Of a stretch of 64,000 nt of DNA, positions 47,519 through 57,565 are shown piece by piece. The DNA comes from Gammaproteobacteria bacterium (GTDB lineage: Bacteria > Pseudomonadota > Gammaproteobacteria > GCA-2400775): NCBI GenBank assembly GCA_013151045.1, contig JAADIY010000042.1, positions 20,153 through 84,152 on the forward strand. The letters are read 5' to 3'. The position numbers and the translations under genes are program-made. Position 1 is the stretch's first letter; each line of letters opens with the position of its first letter. The notes beneath the pieces are model-generated. The model saw only the letters and a list, made by a program, of their open reading frames with translations, had not been told where the DNA came from and did no database searches.

Positions 47519-48148
47519 TCAAACTATATTAGGTTTATCTTCTCGTCTAAAATTAAATTGATTTAAATAAATCACAAGCGCAACACGGTCTTTTACTCGT
47601 AACTTGTCAAAAATACTGGTCAAATGCGACTTAACAGTACGCTCAACGATTCCGAGTTTTTGCGCTATGATCTTATTACTATCACCATCTGCAACGGCAA
47701 AGGAAATTTCTTTTTCTCTCGCCGTTAATTGACTTAATGCGTTATACGCAGAAGAACGATTTAGGGTTTGCCGCGCAATATTAAATGCCTTTGCCAGTAA
47801 CGGTGGTGGGTACCACGTTTGATCACTTTCTAATAATTTTTGAAGCTGCTTATAGTAAGGTTCGGCCATATGGCTATTACAGTAACCTTTTACACCATGA
47901 TGCGCATAATTCAACATTGCCTCTACATCTGGAATGTCGGCTGCGATAGCAACTGCTACAGGTGTTTCTTCAACAAAGGCATCAACCCAATCAGCTAATT
48001 CGCTTACGTAGGATGAGGCGTGAATAATATGTAATTTTCCATTCTCAATATTTGGCTCTAATAAACGAGAATGAATTACCGGTTCATCACCGAACACTTC
48101 TCTTATGTGTCGATTAAATGAGTTTGATTGGGAACAGATAAATATCAT
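47519..48148 (-). CDS. LuxR/NarL-family regulator with atypical receiver domain
   Basis: 'LTAREKEI...G.SNK.IA..LGI.ERTVKSHLTSIFDKL.VKDR'. Confidence 0.88.
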   Translation of the reverse strand: MIFICSQSNSFNRHIREVFGDEPVIHSRLLEPNIENGKLHIIHASSYVSELADWVDAFVEETPVAVAIAADIPDVEAMLNYAHHGVKGYCNSHMAEPYYKQLQKLLESDQTWYPPPLLAKAFNIARQTLNRSSAYNALSQLTAREKEISFAVADGDSNKIIAQKLGIVERTVKSHLTSIFDKLRVKDRVALVIYLNQFNFRREDKPNIV

Positions 48149-49504
48149 TTAACTTACTGCCGCCTTGTTTAAGCCTCTGTATATAGGCTTAAGTAAATAT
48201 TCAAGAATAGTTTTTTTTGCTGTAATAATATCTGCTTCACTTGTCATACCTACCTTAATTGGCAGTATCGATGAGTCATCACCAACATAAGTCGTATCAG
48301 GCACGACTTTAACCACATAATAGCTCACGCCTTCTTCATCGGTAATGGTATCTGCACTAATTAAACTAACTACACCTTCAACGCTGCCATGAATAGCAAA
48401 ATCATAGGCTGAGAACTTTATGCGTGCCTTCTGCCCTACACTAATATAGGCAATATCTGCAGGTTTAATACGTACTTCTACAATCAGGGCATCTCCACTT
48501 GGAACAATTTCAATGACTTCACCGCCTGGCGTTACAACACCGCCAACAGTGTTGGCATATAAACGTTGCACCACTCCCTCAACAGGTGACCGTAATGTTG
48601 TTCTACGCACTCTATCTTGCAGCGCAGCTTGCGCTTCTACTAATCGAGATAATTCTGCCGAAACTTGATTGAGTTCCAATTTTGCTTTATTACGAAAATC
48701 TAATTTATTTTGTTCTAATGTCCGACGCGCTTCATTAGCGGTTGAGCGAATTCGAGGTATCGAGATACCAACAGACTCTAATTCACCTTCTAATTCCGCC
48801 TCGCGTTGTTGTAGTTGTAGAAAATCAATTTCACTAATAATGCGTCTTTGCATTAACGGTTCTTTAATCGTGATTTCTTGCCGAACCAAATCTAGTGACT
48901 TTCGCAGCTGCCTTTGTTTTGACTGTGCTTCTTGCAAAACAACTTTATGTTGGCTAATTTGTTCTTCATAAATGCTCAGTGTTTGTTTCAATTGCTGTGC
49001 ATTACTCTCATACAGACTTTGTTCAGAGTCCACTAAAGCAGGCACTGTTTTCCCTAGCTCCGCATCCCGAACAAATTTTTCGCCAGACGCCTCTGCCTGA
49101 AGACGAGCGCTCCTAGCTTTAAGTTCATTGTAAAGCAATCGGTTTTCTTCAAAAGACCCAGAAAAAGCAATGTCACTTATTTTTAATAATGGTTGATCTA
49201 AACCAACCTGATCGCCTTCCTTTACTAAAATCTCAGATACTACTCCGCCTTCCAAACTTTGAATAAGTTGCACTTGTCTTGCTGGAACAACTTTACCGTT
49301 ACCTCGTATCACCACATCTATTTGAGCCCAGTTCATCCAGGCAATTGCAGCCGCTATTAACGCGGCGATCAGAAACACGATAATCATCAGATAACGTGGC
49401 GACCGCTGAACAACAGCAGCGGACAAACTACGCATATATGCGATATCTTGGTCGTTGCGCCGACCGCTAGCTATTTGTTTTGAATCATAGCTCACTCTGG
49501 CCAC
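48149..49504 (-). CDS. lapC: HlyD-family T1SS membrane fusion protein (LapC-like)
   Basis: 'QSLEGGVV.EILVKEG', 'LRSPVEGVV', 'PADIAYI', 'LEYLLKP'. Confidence 0.9.
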   Translation of the reverse strand: MARVSYDSKQIASGRRNDQDIAYMRSLSAAVVQRSPRYLMIIVFLIAALIAAAIAWMNWAQIDVVIRGNGKVVPARQVQLIQSLEGGVVSEILVKEGDQVGLDQPLLKISDIAFSGSFEENRLLYNELKARSARLQAEASGEKFVRDAELGKTVPALVDSEQSLYESNAQQLKQTLSIYEEQISQHKVVLQEAQSKQRQLRKSLDLVRQEITIKEPLMQRRIISEIDFLQLQQREAELEGELESVGISIPRIRSTANEARRTLEQNKLDFRNKAKLELNQVSAELSRLVEAQAALQDRVRRTTLRSPVEGVVQRLYANTVGGVVTPGGEVIEIVPSGDALIVEVRIKPADIAYISVGQKARIKFSAYDFAIHGSVEGVVSLISADTITDEEGVSYYVVKVVPDTTYVGDDSSILPIKVGMTSEADIITAKKTILEYLLKPIYRGLNKAAVS

Positions 49505-51656
49505 CTTTTAATGCTTCTAGCACTTTAGCTTTTGGACCATCCATCACCACACGTCCGTCTTCGATCACTACAATCCTTTCAACTAAATCTAGCATTGGCG
49601 CTTTATGTGTAACGAGGACAAGCGTTTTATCACGCGTATAATTAAATAGACGCTTTCTAATCGCAGCCTCCGTTGTATTGTCCATACTATTCGTTGGCTC
49701 ATCGAGAACCAGAATTGGCTCATCAAGTAACAATGCTCGGCCCAACGCTATCGCTTGTCGTTGCCCTCCTGACAACAATACTCCTTGTTCACCAACTGGC
49801 GTATCAAACCCCATAGGCAGTTTATTTACAAATTGATCTACACCTGATATTGACGCCACTTCTAACAAACGATCATCGTCAATGTGTAGATCTTTAAACG
49901 CTAAGTTATCTCGTATACTGCCACGCATTAATTCGACGTCCTGTGAGAGATAACCAATGTGATGACGAAGATCTGCTGGATCAATTTGATTAATATCAAT
50001 ACCATCTATAGAAATAGCGCCTTCAGTTGGTGGATAAAGCCCAACTAATAATTTAGTAATACTGGTTTTTCCTGAGCCAACCCTGCCAATAATGCCAACA
50101 TGTTCTTTTGGTCTAATACTCAATGACACATTCGATAGTGATGCGCGTTTAGCTTCGGGGTATGTGAAACTTACATTTTGGAAACCTATAGCACCTTCAA
50201 AGACTGGTCTGCGAACAAATTTCTTGCCCTCAGGTCTTTCTATATCTCTGTTCATCAAATCATCTAAAGATTTATAAGCAGTACGAGTTTGCTGAAAATT
50301 TGTAATGAGGCTAGCTATCTGACCCATTGGTGATACAGCTCGCGATGACAGCATCACAACAGCTATCAAACCGCCTAGTGACAATAATGAATCACTAATC
50401 TGATAGACACCGAACACTATTAGTCCAACAGTATTGATTTGTACCAGTAAGTTCGTTACTACCGTAATAGAACCCGACAAAATTCGCGCTCGCATTGATT
50501 TCGCGGCAATCTGTCCCGTTGACTCTTCCCACACCCACTGAGAATGATGTGATGCACCCAATGTTTTAATTGTTTGAATTGAACTTAAGCTTTCAATTAA
50601 ATGTGCATTTTTATTCGCTGAAGCCTCAAACGTACTTTCTATACTGTCACGTAATGGTTTGATTAATATCGCGCTGTAGATCAATAACGTAGCTATAATT
50701 ACTAACGGTATAGCGACCATTGGTCCGCCTATATACCAAATTATTACCAAAAAAATTATCGCAAATGGCAGATCGACTAAGGTTGCTATTGTTGAAGCAG
50801 TAAAGAAACTTCGAATACTCTCAAAATCACGAAGATTATTCGCAAACGCACCGACACTGCTCGGCCATTGATCCATGCGCAAATTTAGCACCTGCTCAAA
50901 TAAGATCGATGACATGATGACATCACTTTTCTTGCCTGCTATCTCCAATAAATAATTGCGAATAAAGCGCATTAGAGCATCAAAAGCATAAATAATCATT
51001 ATGCCTATCGCTAACACCCACAATGTCTCTAAGGCATCGTTCGGTACAACGCGGTCATAAACATTCATCGTAAACAACGGTGTTGCAACAACAAATAGAT
51101 TGGCCAATACTGAGGCGACGAGGACGGCAAAAAATATTTCTTTTGAATGAGCTAACGTGCCCCAAAACCAATGACTTTTACGCGCACTAATTAATTTCAA
51201 TGCACGACTACGTTGCTTAAATTCGCGTTTTAATAAAAATGCAAAGCCAGTATGCTCTTCTTCTAACCGGCTAATATCTACCCATTCTTCACCGTCGCCC
51301 ACTTCAGGAAAAATAACTTTAGCCTGACCCTTTTTGTAGTCAACACTCTCAAGAATGCACGCATTACGGTTTTTAAGTACTAATATACATGGTAAAAGCA
51401 AATCTGATAATTCTGACAAATCTCTTTTAATGAGTTTAGAAGCAAAACCTGCGCGCTTAGCGACACGCGAAAATAGTCCTTTAGAACTTTTAATTGAAAA
51501 CATCTCTGGGCCAGCTGCACCAGGCTCTACAGGCAAACCGGAAATCAATGCATCAACGGAAATCGGTCTATGAAACTGTTTGGCAAATATAACCAAACAT
51601 TCCAACAACGGGTCATGCTGGGGAGCGATATCTAATTTCTCATTCACTTCATTCAT
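49485..51656 (-). CDS. lapB: T1SS ABC permease/ATPase (LapB/LssB-like)
   Basis: C39-like N-terminal domain, 'MNVYDRVVP', GRVGSGKTS, LSGGQRQ, LDEPT. Confidence 0.92.
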   Translation of the reverse strand: MNEVNEKLDIAPQHDPLLECLVIFAKQFHRPISVDALISGLPVEPGAAGPEMFSIKSSKGLFSRVAKRAGFASKLIKRDLSELSDLLLPCILVLKNRNACILESVDYKKGQAKVIFPEVGDGEEWVDISRLEEEHTGFAFLLKREFKQRSRALKLISARKSHWFWGTLAHSKEIFFAVLVASVLANLFVVATPLFTMNVYDRVVPNDALETLWVLAIGIMIIYAFDALMRFIRNYLLEIAGKKSDVIMSSILFEQVLNLRMDQWPSSVGAFANNLRDFESIRSFFTASTIATLVDLPFAIIFLVIIWYIGGPMVAIPLVIIATLLIYSAILIKPLRDSIESTFEASANKNAHLIESLSSIQTIKTLGASHHSQWVWEESTGQIAAKSMRARILSGSITVVTNLLVQINTVGLIVFGVYQISDSLLSLGGLIAVVMLSSRAVSPMGQIASLITNFQQTRTAYKSLDDLMNRDIERPEGKKFVRRPVFEGAIGFQNVSFTYPEAKRASLSNVSLSIRPKEHVGIIGRVGSGKTSITKLLVGLYPPTEGAISIDGIDINQIDPADLRHHIGYLSQDVELMRGSIRDNLAFKDLHIDDDRLLEVASISGVDQFVNKLPMGFDTPVGEQGVLLSGGQRQAIALGRALLLDEPILVLDEPTNSMDNTTEAAIRKRLFNYTRDKTLVLVTHKAPMLDLVERIVVIEDGRVVMDGPKAKVLEALKGGQSEL

Positions 51657-53584
51657 AATAAATCTTGTGGCTCCGCAAGCAAATGACCTTGCATTGTTTC
51701 AATACCAAGCTCAATTAACCTGTCGTAATTTTCCTGCGTACTGACTCCAACTGCTATGAGCCTAATATCCAAGGTAGCCACCAACGTTTTCAGTGCTTGA
51801 AATGCAATGGACACGTCTTCAGGCGTCAAATCTATCAGCAGGTTTGCATTAACTTTGATATAACTTGGCCTAATCGACTGCAACACACCTAACGATTCTT
51901 TCAAATCGAAATTATCGATACCAAATTGATGCCCTAATTCACGAAGTCGATCAGCCACTTGCATACACATCAATGGATATTGATTAAACACTGCGTGACT
52001 TGCTTCTAGACACAACCCACCCGGGGCACCTATAAATTTAGCGAGCAAATCGGTGAATTCTTTAGAAATATGACAATGACTATCAAAAAATGACGCTGTC
52101 AAATTTAGCGCAACTGGAACTTCGGGGTCGACCTTCGATACTTTTGAAACTAATTTGAATACTGCTCTATCGATTTCCAAGCCAAAACCTAAAGACAAGG
52201 CCATAGGCATAAACATACCTGCGGATATTGTTGCATCTTGCTCATTCTTCAAACGCACAAACACTTCTTTGTGCACAATACTACCGTCGATATCTAATAC
52301 GGGCTGACTTGCCAAATAGAGCCGATTTTCCAGCAATGCCTCTTCAATCCATGCTCGCCACTGCATCTTGCCTTGAGGCAAGAGCATATTTGAACGTGTC
52401 GTTTCGACAATTGAATAAGAGCTTTTTCCTAGCGCTTGCGTTAAAGCGAAGTCCGCATCTGCCAATACTTCACCGGTTGAAGAATTCGCCTGTAAACGTG
52501 TTACACCAGCGATGAATGTCACCTGATGTGTATCAGAATATCGCTTTGATTTATCTCTAAATTTATCAAAAAATTTATTGATACGTTGATTGACCATCTC
52601 TGGCTCTACACATGCTAACAATGCAAACTCATCTTCACTAAGCCTGGCGCATTTTTCATCCGCATCGATGGAGCAATATTCCCCGAGTAACTCCGCAGCC
52701 AAACATATAATGTTATCTACAGTTTCGTATCCCTTACTATCACGTAATGCCTCTAGACCTTGCAATTTAAATATAACCATCGTGGCATAACTTATCGCAT
52801 CTTCTGAATGACTTTGCTCTAATTGATTAACAATATACTTATGATTCCCTAACCCAGTGAGGGTATCCACGTATAACAAGTCTTGATATCTAGATAATGT
52901 ATGTTGCTGGTCGACGAAAATACCTTGAACCTTAGAAACCATATTATTCATCGCCTCAACCACTCGGCGCAATTCTGGAGTTGAAGGCAATATTTTTTGC
53001 TGAACAAATTGATTTGCTTGTATTGCTTCCGCTTGTTTCTTAACCCTGTCTAGGGGCTGCATAATTTTATGCAATAAAAACCAAAGCAACACCATACCGG
53101 TAACAAATAGTAAGACTGCCCATAAAACGGTGGCTTTTAAACTTTGATATAAGCTTACGTAAGTAAAACCAGGGTGAACCGTTATCAATAACTCGCCTAC
53201 AGGTGTCCATCCTTGCTGAATGCGACTCGTACCCGTAGCCTCTCGTAAAGGCACTAGTGATATAAACCAATCAGGCACTTTACGAATTGATATTTTTTGT
53301 TCTTTTTTATGTACAGTATGTCCAGCCGTATCAATTAACTCAATACGTGTGTAATAACCACTGTCAAATACACTATTAAAGAGCACTTCAAGCGAGGCTT
53401 TATCTTGACTTGCGCCACTATTAGAAATGCTAATACCAAGAGTTGTCGCCATATCTCGTGCTGAGGTCTGCAACTGTCCCTCTAAAAATTCACTCGACCG
53501 GCGGAAATCGCCAATTGTAGTAGCCAATACAAAAATAAAGAACACCACTGACACCAGCAACGCGATCTGCTTAAACAATGTCAT
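51653..53584 (-). CDS. lapD: LapD-like c-di-GMP receptor (periplasmic-HAMP-degenerate GGDEF-degenerate EAL)
   Basis: 'MTLFKQI', 'FDSGYY', 'VPDWF', GW hairpin (QQGWTP), degenerate 'RLSEDEF' and 'KEVFVRL'. Confidence 0.88.
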   Translation of the reverse strand: MTLFKQIALLVSVVFFIFVLATTIGDFRRSSEFLEGQLQTSARDMATTLGISISNSGASQDKASLEVLFNSVFDSGYYTRIELIDTAGHTVHKKEQKISIRKVPDWFISLVPLREATGTSRIQQGWTPVGELLITVHPGFTYVSLYQSLKATVLWAVLLFVTGMVLLWFLLHKIMQPLDRVKKQAEAIQANQFVQQKILPSTPELRRVVEAMNNMVSKVQGIFVDQQHTLSRYQDLLYVDTLTGLGNHKYIVNQLEQSHSEDAISYATMVIFKLQGLEALRDSKGYETVDNIICLAAELLGEYCSIDADEKCARLSEDEFALLACVEPEMVNQRINKFFDKFRDKSKRYSDTHQVTFIAGVTRLQANSSTGEVLADADFALTQALGKSSYSIVETTRSNMLLPQGKMQWRAWIEEALLENRLYLASQPVLDIDGSIVHKEVFVRLKNEQDATISAGMFMPMALSLGFGLEIDRAVFKLVSKVSKVDPEVPVALNLTASFFDSHCHISKEFTDLLAKFIGAPGGLCLEASHAVFNQYPLMCMQVADRLRELGHQFGIDNFDLKESLGVLQSIRPSYIKVNANLLIDLTPEDVSIAFQALKTLVATLDIRLIAVGVSTQENYDRLIELGIETMQGHLLAEPQDLL

Positions 53585-54288
53585 GAGTTCATCTCTTCAA
53601 CATTAGCAAGCAATTTTTCCCATTTGCTGTTTTTTACTTTGTCAGTTGGCAGCGCTTGTCCTAAACCAGCAGATGCATTGGTCAAAAAAAGTGACTTTGC
53701 ATTAAAACTGTATACCGGAAGCAAATCTGTTCGCTTATCTGCCGAAAAGATACGCAATTCGTAATTATCTAAAATTAGTGGAATACCTGTTGGCGTTTCA
53801 AAATAGCTCAACACCATATGTGCGATATTTTCTCTTATTGCCTTCACGTAAGTCAGGTAGAGACGCTCATCATCGATACCTAATGCGCGCAAGGCAAAAT
53901 ATTTAGAAATAACGTAGTCTTCACAATCACCTTGATATACACCGATAAACTCTTCTGGTGTTGCCCAATAATCTTCTACTTTCCATAGCTTAATATCATA
54001 TTCAAACGCAAAGCTATTAAAAAACCGATTCACTTCTAATAATTTTTCAGCAACTGGTTTTTGGTCGAGGTGAGCGAGCAAATTATTTAATGCCACACCT
54101 CTATCTTTTGCTGCACTTTCATAATTTTCAAATAAACGACTGAGCATTGGATCATCGACAAAGGGCTTAGCATATTGTGGAGATGGAAATAAGCTCACAA
54201 CTAAAAATAAAAAGATTAAAACCAAATAACGACGTGATAATCCATAGCCATGGGAAACGTCAATAAATCCATTTATTTGCCAACGCAT
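53581..54288 (-). CDS. lapG: LapG-like periplasmic cysteine protease (BTLCP)
   Basis: 'DYWATP.EF', catalytic GDCEDY, AHMVL, LILDN; 'RTDLLPVYSFN'. Confidence 0.92.
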   Translation of the reverse strand: MRWQINGFIDVSHGYGLSRRYLVLIFLFLVVSLFPSPQYAKPFVDDPMLSRLFENYESAAKDRGVALNNLLAHLDQKPVAEKLLEVNRFFNSFAFEYDIKLWKVEDYWATPEEFIGVYQGDCEDYVISKYFALRALGIDDERLYLTYVKAIRENIAHMVLSYFETPTGIPLILDNYELRIFSADKRTDLLPVYSFNAKSLFLTNASAGLGQALPTDKVKNSKWEKLLANVEEMNS

Positions 54289-54354
54289 AGCCTACCTAAC
54301 AACATTAACACGCCAACTTGAATATTGATGATAGATTGCTCCTCATCGTCTTTA

Positions 54355-56598
54355 CTATTTGTCTTCAACCGCAAGGCTCAGATTTTGACGAAAATGAAAT
54401 TCACCTCTACGATTAATTGCACGACCAGATTTCGTTTTATTGTCCGCAACTGGTTTATTCTCACCAATACCATTTGCTTTTATTCGGTTGCCACTAATTC
54501 CCTTACTAATTAGTAATTCTCGCAAAGCATTTGCTCGGCGTTTAGATAACGAAAGGTTGTAGCTACTTGTTCCTACATCATCGGTATGAGCAAAGATCCA
54601 TGTTTCGACATCAGGTGATTGTTTTAATATTGATATAATTGACTTAACCTTGGTACTCGAACTATTAGTTAATGCCGTATCATTAAATAGAAAATTCACA
54701 AATTGCGGTTTCGACAAATCCATGTCATCCGCCGACGATATATTAAGACTCACTACAGCCGTGGATGAATTACCGTTACCATCAGATACCGTATAGGTGA
54801 ATTTATCCTTACCTATATACCCTTCATCTGGGCGATATATAAGATTTTTATTGTTATCTGATGCTAGCCTTCCATATGTTGGCTGAGAGTAACGTTGAAT
54901 AATTAGGCTATCACTTTCCGCGTCACTATCATTACCTAGCAACATTTCACTAGAAATCGTCAATATACTATCTTGTAAAAGCTCTAACACATCATCAGCA
55001 GCAACAGGCGAGACATTAATTACATCAGAAATTGCATTAGCATCCTCTTGTATTCCAAATGCACGGTACTCTTCGCTAGCTAAAGACACATCAAATGACG
55101 TATATTGGTCAAAATCAATTTCTGATTTATTACCACAACCAAAACCATCTACAGTATCGTTTTCTTTACTATTATCACAATGATCTGTCGGATTGATGAC
55201 CGCGTCATCATCACGATCTATATCATAAGGTAGATTATCTTCACCTTGCGCTTGAATAAGAGAAATCTGTAAATCTTGGCCTGAAATTTTTGCATCCAGA
55301 TTCAATGCTTTAAACAGCCCCCCTACTCCTTCATACATACGAAAACGTGCAGTGACATAATCAAAATAGGCCTCCGCATAACGATTCTGCGAGCTATTCA
55401 ACTCATTCTCAGCATCAAGCACATTGATCAAATCACGCTGGCCAATAAAAAATTCTTCGCGATAAGAACTCAACGTCGCTTCAGATTTAACAACATGCTC
55501 TTTTAAAAAAGCTAGCTGCTTACTAAGCGATTGATCTGCAGCCCAAGACAAACGTAGCGTATTAATAACTTGTCGCCGTGCTCTTGCCGCGAACTGTTCC
55601 CGCTCATGTATAACACTAATCTTCTGTCTTTGTTCAGCGCGATCAGCGCCACCACGATACAAATTATAATTTAGATTAAGTACTAAGCTTAAATCATCAG
55701 TACTACCCTCCAATCCGTTAATGTCCTCACCAATTGCTTGCGCTAAACGTAAATCAATTATTGGCTGGTTTTTGCTGCGAGAGCGGCGGTAGTCTGCTTG
55801 TGCGGCCTCTATATTAAAATCAGCAACTCGCAGCGCCGGATGATTATCTAATGCCTGCGTAGTTAAGTCCTCAATGCTCAATCCAGGATGTTCGGGCAAT
55901 TCTGGTTCTAATAACGTTGCCGGGTCAACATATCGACCTGCAACTTGATGAAACTGCGTAGAAGCATCTTGTAAATTATTTTGCTGCGCAATAAGACTGG
56001 CATGCGCACTAGCGACCCGACCTTCTGTCTGTTCTAATTGAGATCGGCGTCCTACGCCTGACAAACTTCGAATACGTATTTTCTCTAATATCTCTTCGTG
56101 AGACTCTACATTTTTTATCGCCAGCTCATATAAACGCTGCTGTTTTAATACTTCCAGGTACGACTGAGTTGCCTCTAAAGCTATATTGTCAGCAGTATCA
56201 TAAATCTCAAATAAAGCTGAGTTAACCCTGGCATCAGTTTGACTAATCTGATTTTTCGTATCAAAACCATCATATAGGTTTTGCGTGACAGCTAACTCTG
56301 CGCGAGAACTTTCAAAATCTATCGAATTAGGGCCGGTTATCGGTGACTTGCTTTCGAAAGCACCAAACGAAGCGTTTAAATCTACACTAGGACGCCATCC
56401 ACTCTTAGCAATTTCTTTGTCTTGTATATTCTGCCGGAAAATATGAACTTGCTCACGCACATTTGGATGAGCACTGATGGTATCTGCGACAAAACTAGAC
56501 AGCTCAGCGCCATAGCTACTGCTTGCAACAAGGCTAACCAGAACAAATAAACTTATATTTATCTTAAATTGGTTTAATAAAGACCAAGCCAATCGCAT
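54355..56598 (-). CDS. lapE: LapE/TolC outer-membrane channel fused to TSP3-like, Ig/cadherin-like and OmpA domains
   Basis: TolC repeats ('QNLYDGF', 'GQRDLINVLDAENEL'), then 'DRDDDAVINPTDHC', 'GKDKFTYTVSDG', 'HTDDVG..YNLSLSKRRA..NRR'. Confidence 0.87.
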   Translation of the reverse strand: MRLAWSLLNQFKINISLFVLVSLVASSSYGAELSSFVADTISAHPNVREQVHIFRQNIQDKEIAKSGWRPSVDLNASFGAFESKSPITGPNSIDFESSRAELAVTQNLYDGFDTKNQISQTDARVNSALFEIYDTADNIALEATQSYLEVLKQQRLYELAIKNVESHEEILEKIRIRSLSGVGRRSQLEQTEGRVASAHASLIAQQNNLQDASTQFHQVAGRYVDPATLLEPELPEHPGLSIEDLTTQALDNHPALRVADFNIEAAQADYRRSRSKNQPIIDLRLAQAIGEDINGLEGSTDDLSLVLNLNYNLYRGGADRAEQRQKISVIHEREQFAARARRQVINTLRLSWAADQSLSKQLAFLKEHVVKSEATLSSYREEFFIGQRDLINVLDAENELNSSQNRYAEAYFDYVTARFRMYEGVGGLFKALNLDAKISGQDLQISLIQAQGEDNLPYDIDRDDDAVINPTDHCDNSKENDTVDGFGCGNKSEIDFDQYTSFDVSLASEEYRAFGIQEDANAISDVINVSPVAADDVLELLQDSILTISSEMLLGNDSDAESDSLIIQRYSQPTYGRLASDNNKNLIYRPDEGYIGKDKFTYTVSDGNGNSSTAVVSLNISSADDMDLSKPQFVNFLFNDTALTNSSSTKVKSIISILKQSPDVETWIFAHTDDVGTSSYNLSLSKRRANALRELLISKGISGNRIKANGIGENKPVADNKTKSGRAINRRGEFHFRQNLSLAVEDK

Positions 56599-57059
56599 TA
56601 CCTTATTACCTCATATGTTTATGACACTATATCCAGACAACCCGTGGCCAGACTACTACGTGTGACGCTACAAAGCTTAACGGCATTTAAACCGCTAAAT
56701 TTAACCTGCCAGAATAAAAAATTACCTTATAAAATAATCACTTCTATGTGGTTATAGCATTTACAACATTAAATTCAAGCTATACATAGAGAGAACACAT
56801 CAGACATCGGTTTTCGACAAAAAAGACAATTAATTATTGATGAACCAGGTGAACTCTTCTAAAGCTAAGGGCATCTATAATTAAAATACGTTTGTTTGTT
56901 ACCAGCAAAGAAAACGCAAGCTACTTTTTTACATTTCTTAATAATTGCAAAGAGAAGAATTACTCGCCACGCTGACCTTCGGTACTCCAATACGCTAGCG
57001 CACATTGATAAAACCTAACATTGCATCGATCGTTCAAAACTATTCTTTTCTAACAGACA

Positions 57060-57089
57060 CAAAAAAACGAGCTGCTTGCTCGTTTTTTT
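57060..57089 (-). terminator. Intrinsic terminator after tRNA-Ser
   Basis: AAAAAAACGAGC-TGCTT-GCTCGTTTTTTT perfect stem with A/T tracts. Confidence 0.8.
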
Positions 57090-57094
57090 ATTAA

Positions 57095-57187
57095 TGGCGG
57101 AGAGAGAGGGATTCGAACCCTCGATAGAGCTATAAACCCTATACTCCCTTAGCAGGGGAGCGCCTTCAGCCGCTCGGCCATCTCTCC
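57095..57187 (-). tRNA. tRNA-Ser(GCT)
   Basis: GGAGAGATGGCCGAGCGG...CTCCCCT-GCT-AAGGGAG, long variable arm, GGTTCGAATCC, encoded CCA; canonical position after csrA. Confidence 0.97.
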
Positions 57188-57242
57188 TAATTTTTTACAA
57201 TCGCATTTTTTGTGCGCGAAAGATTATAACACTAGAGAGACA

Positions 57243-57428
57243 TTAATCATCAGATTCCTGGTTTTTTTCGTTCTGAATACGATCGTAAATCTCTTCCCGG
57301 TGCACAGACACATCTTTAGGCGCATTTACACCTATACGTACCTGGTTTCCCCTTACCCCGAGCACGGTAACAGTCACATCATCACCTATAATCAGCGATT
57401 CGCCAATGCGTCGCGTCAAAATTAACAT
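57243..57428 (-). CDS. csrA: Carbon storage regulator CsrA
   Basis: [10 protein letters not shown]...[22 protein letters not shown]. Confidence 0.98.
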   Translation of the reverse strand: MLILTRRIGESLIIGDDVTVTVLGVRGNQVRIGVNAPKDVSVHREEIYDRIQNEKNQESDD

Positions 57429-57565
57429 GGATATTCTCCTCATTCCAATTTCTTAAATCAAATAGGGTTGCGCTTGATTCATCCCTGTTCTTTTGCCTTA
57501 TTCCTTATAGTGGCTATCATATTTATCGACAAGATTCACCCAAACTCAAAAATATAGCAAGCTAC

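Noticed and set aside
42255-57187. T1SS block as an integrative island at the tRNA-Ser 3' end
   Set aside because: No integrase, and I saw no duplicated tRNA 3' end (att site) in the window
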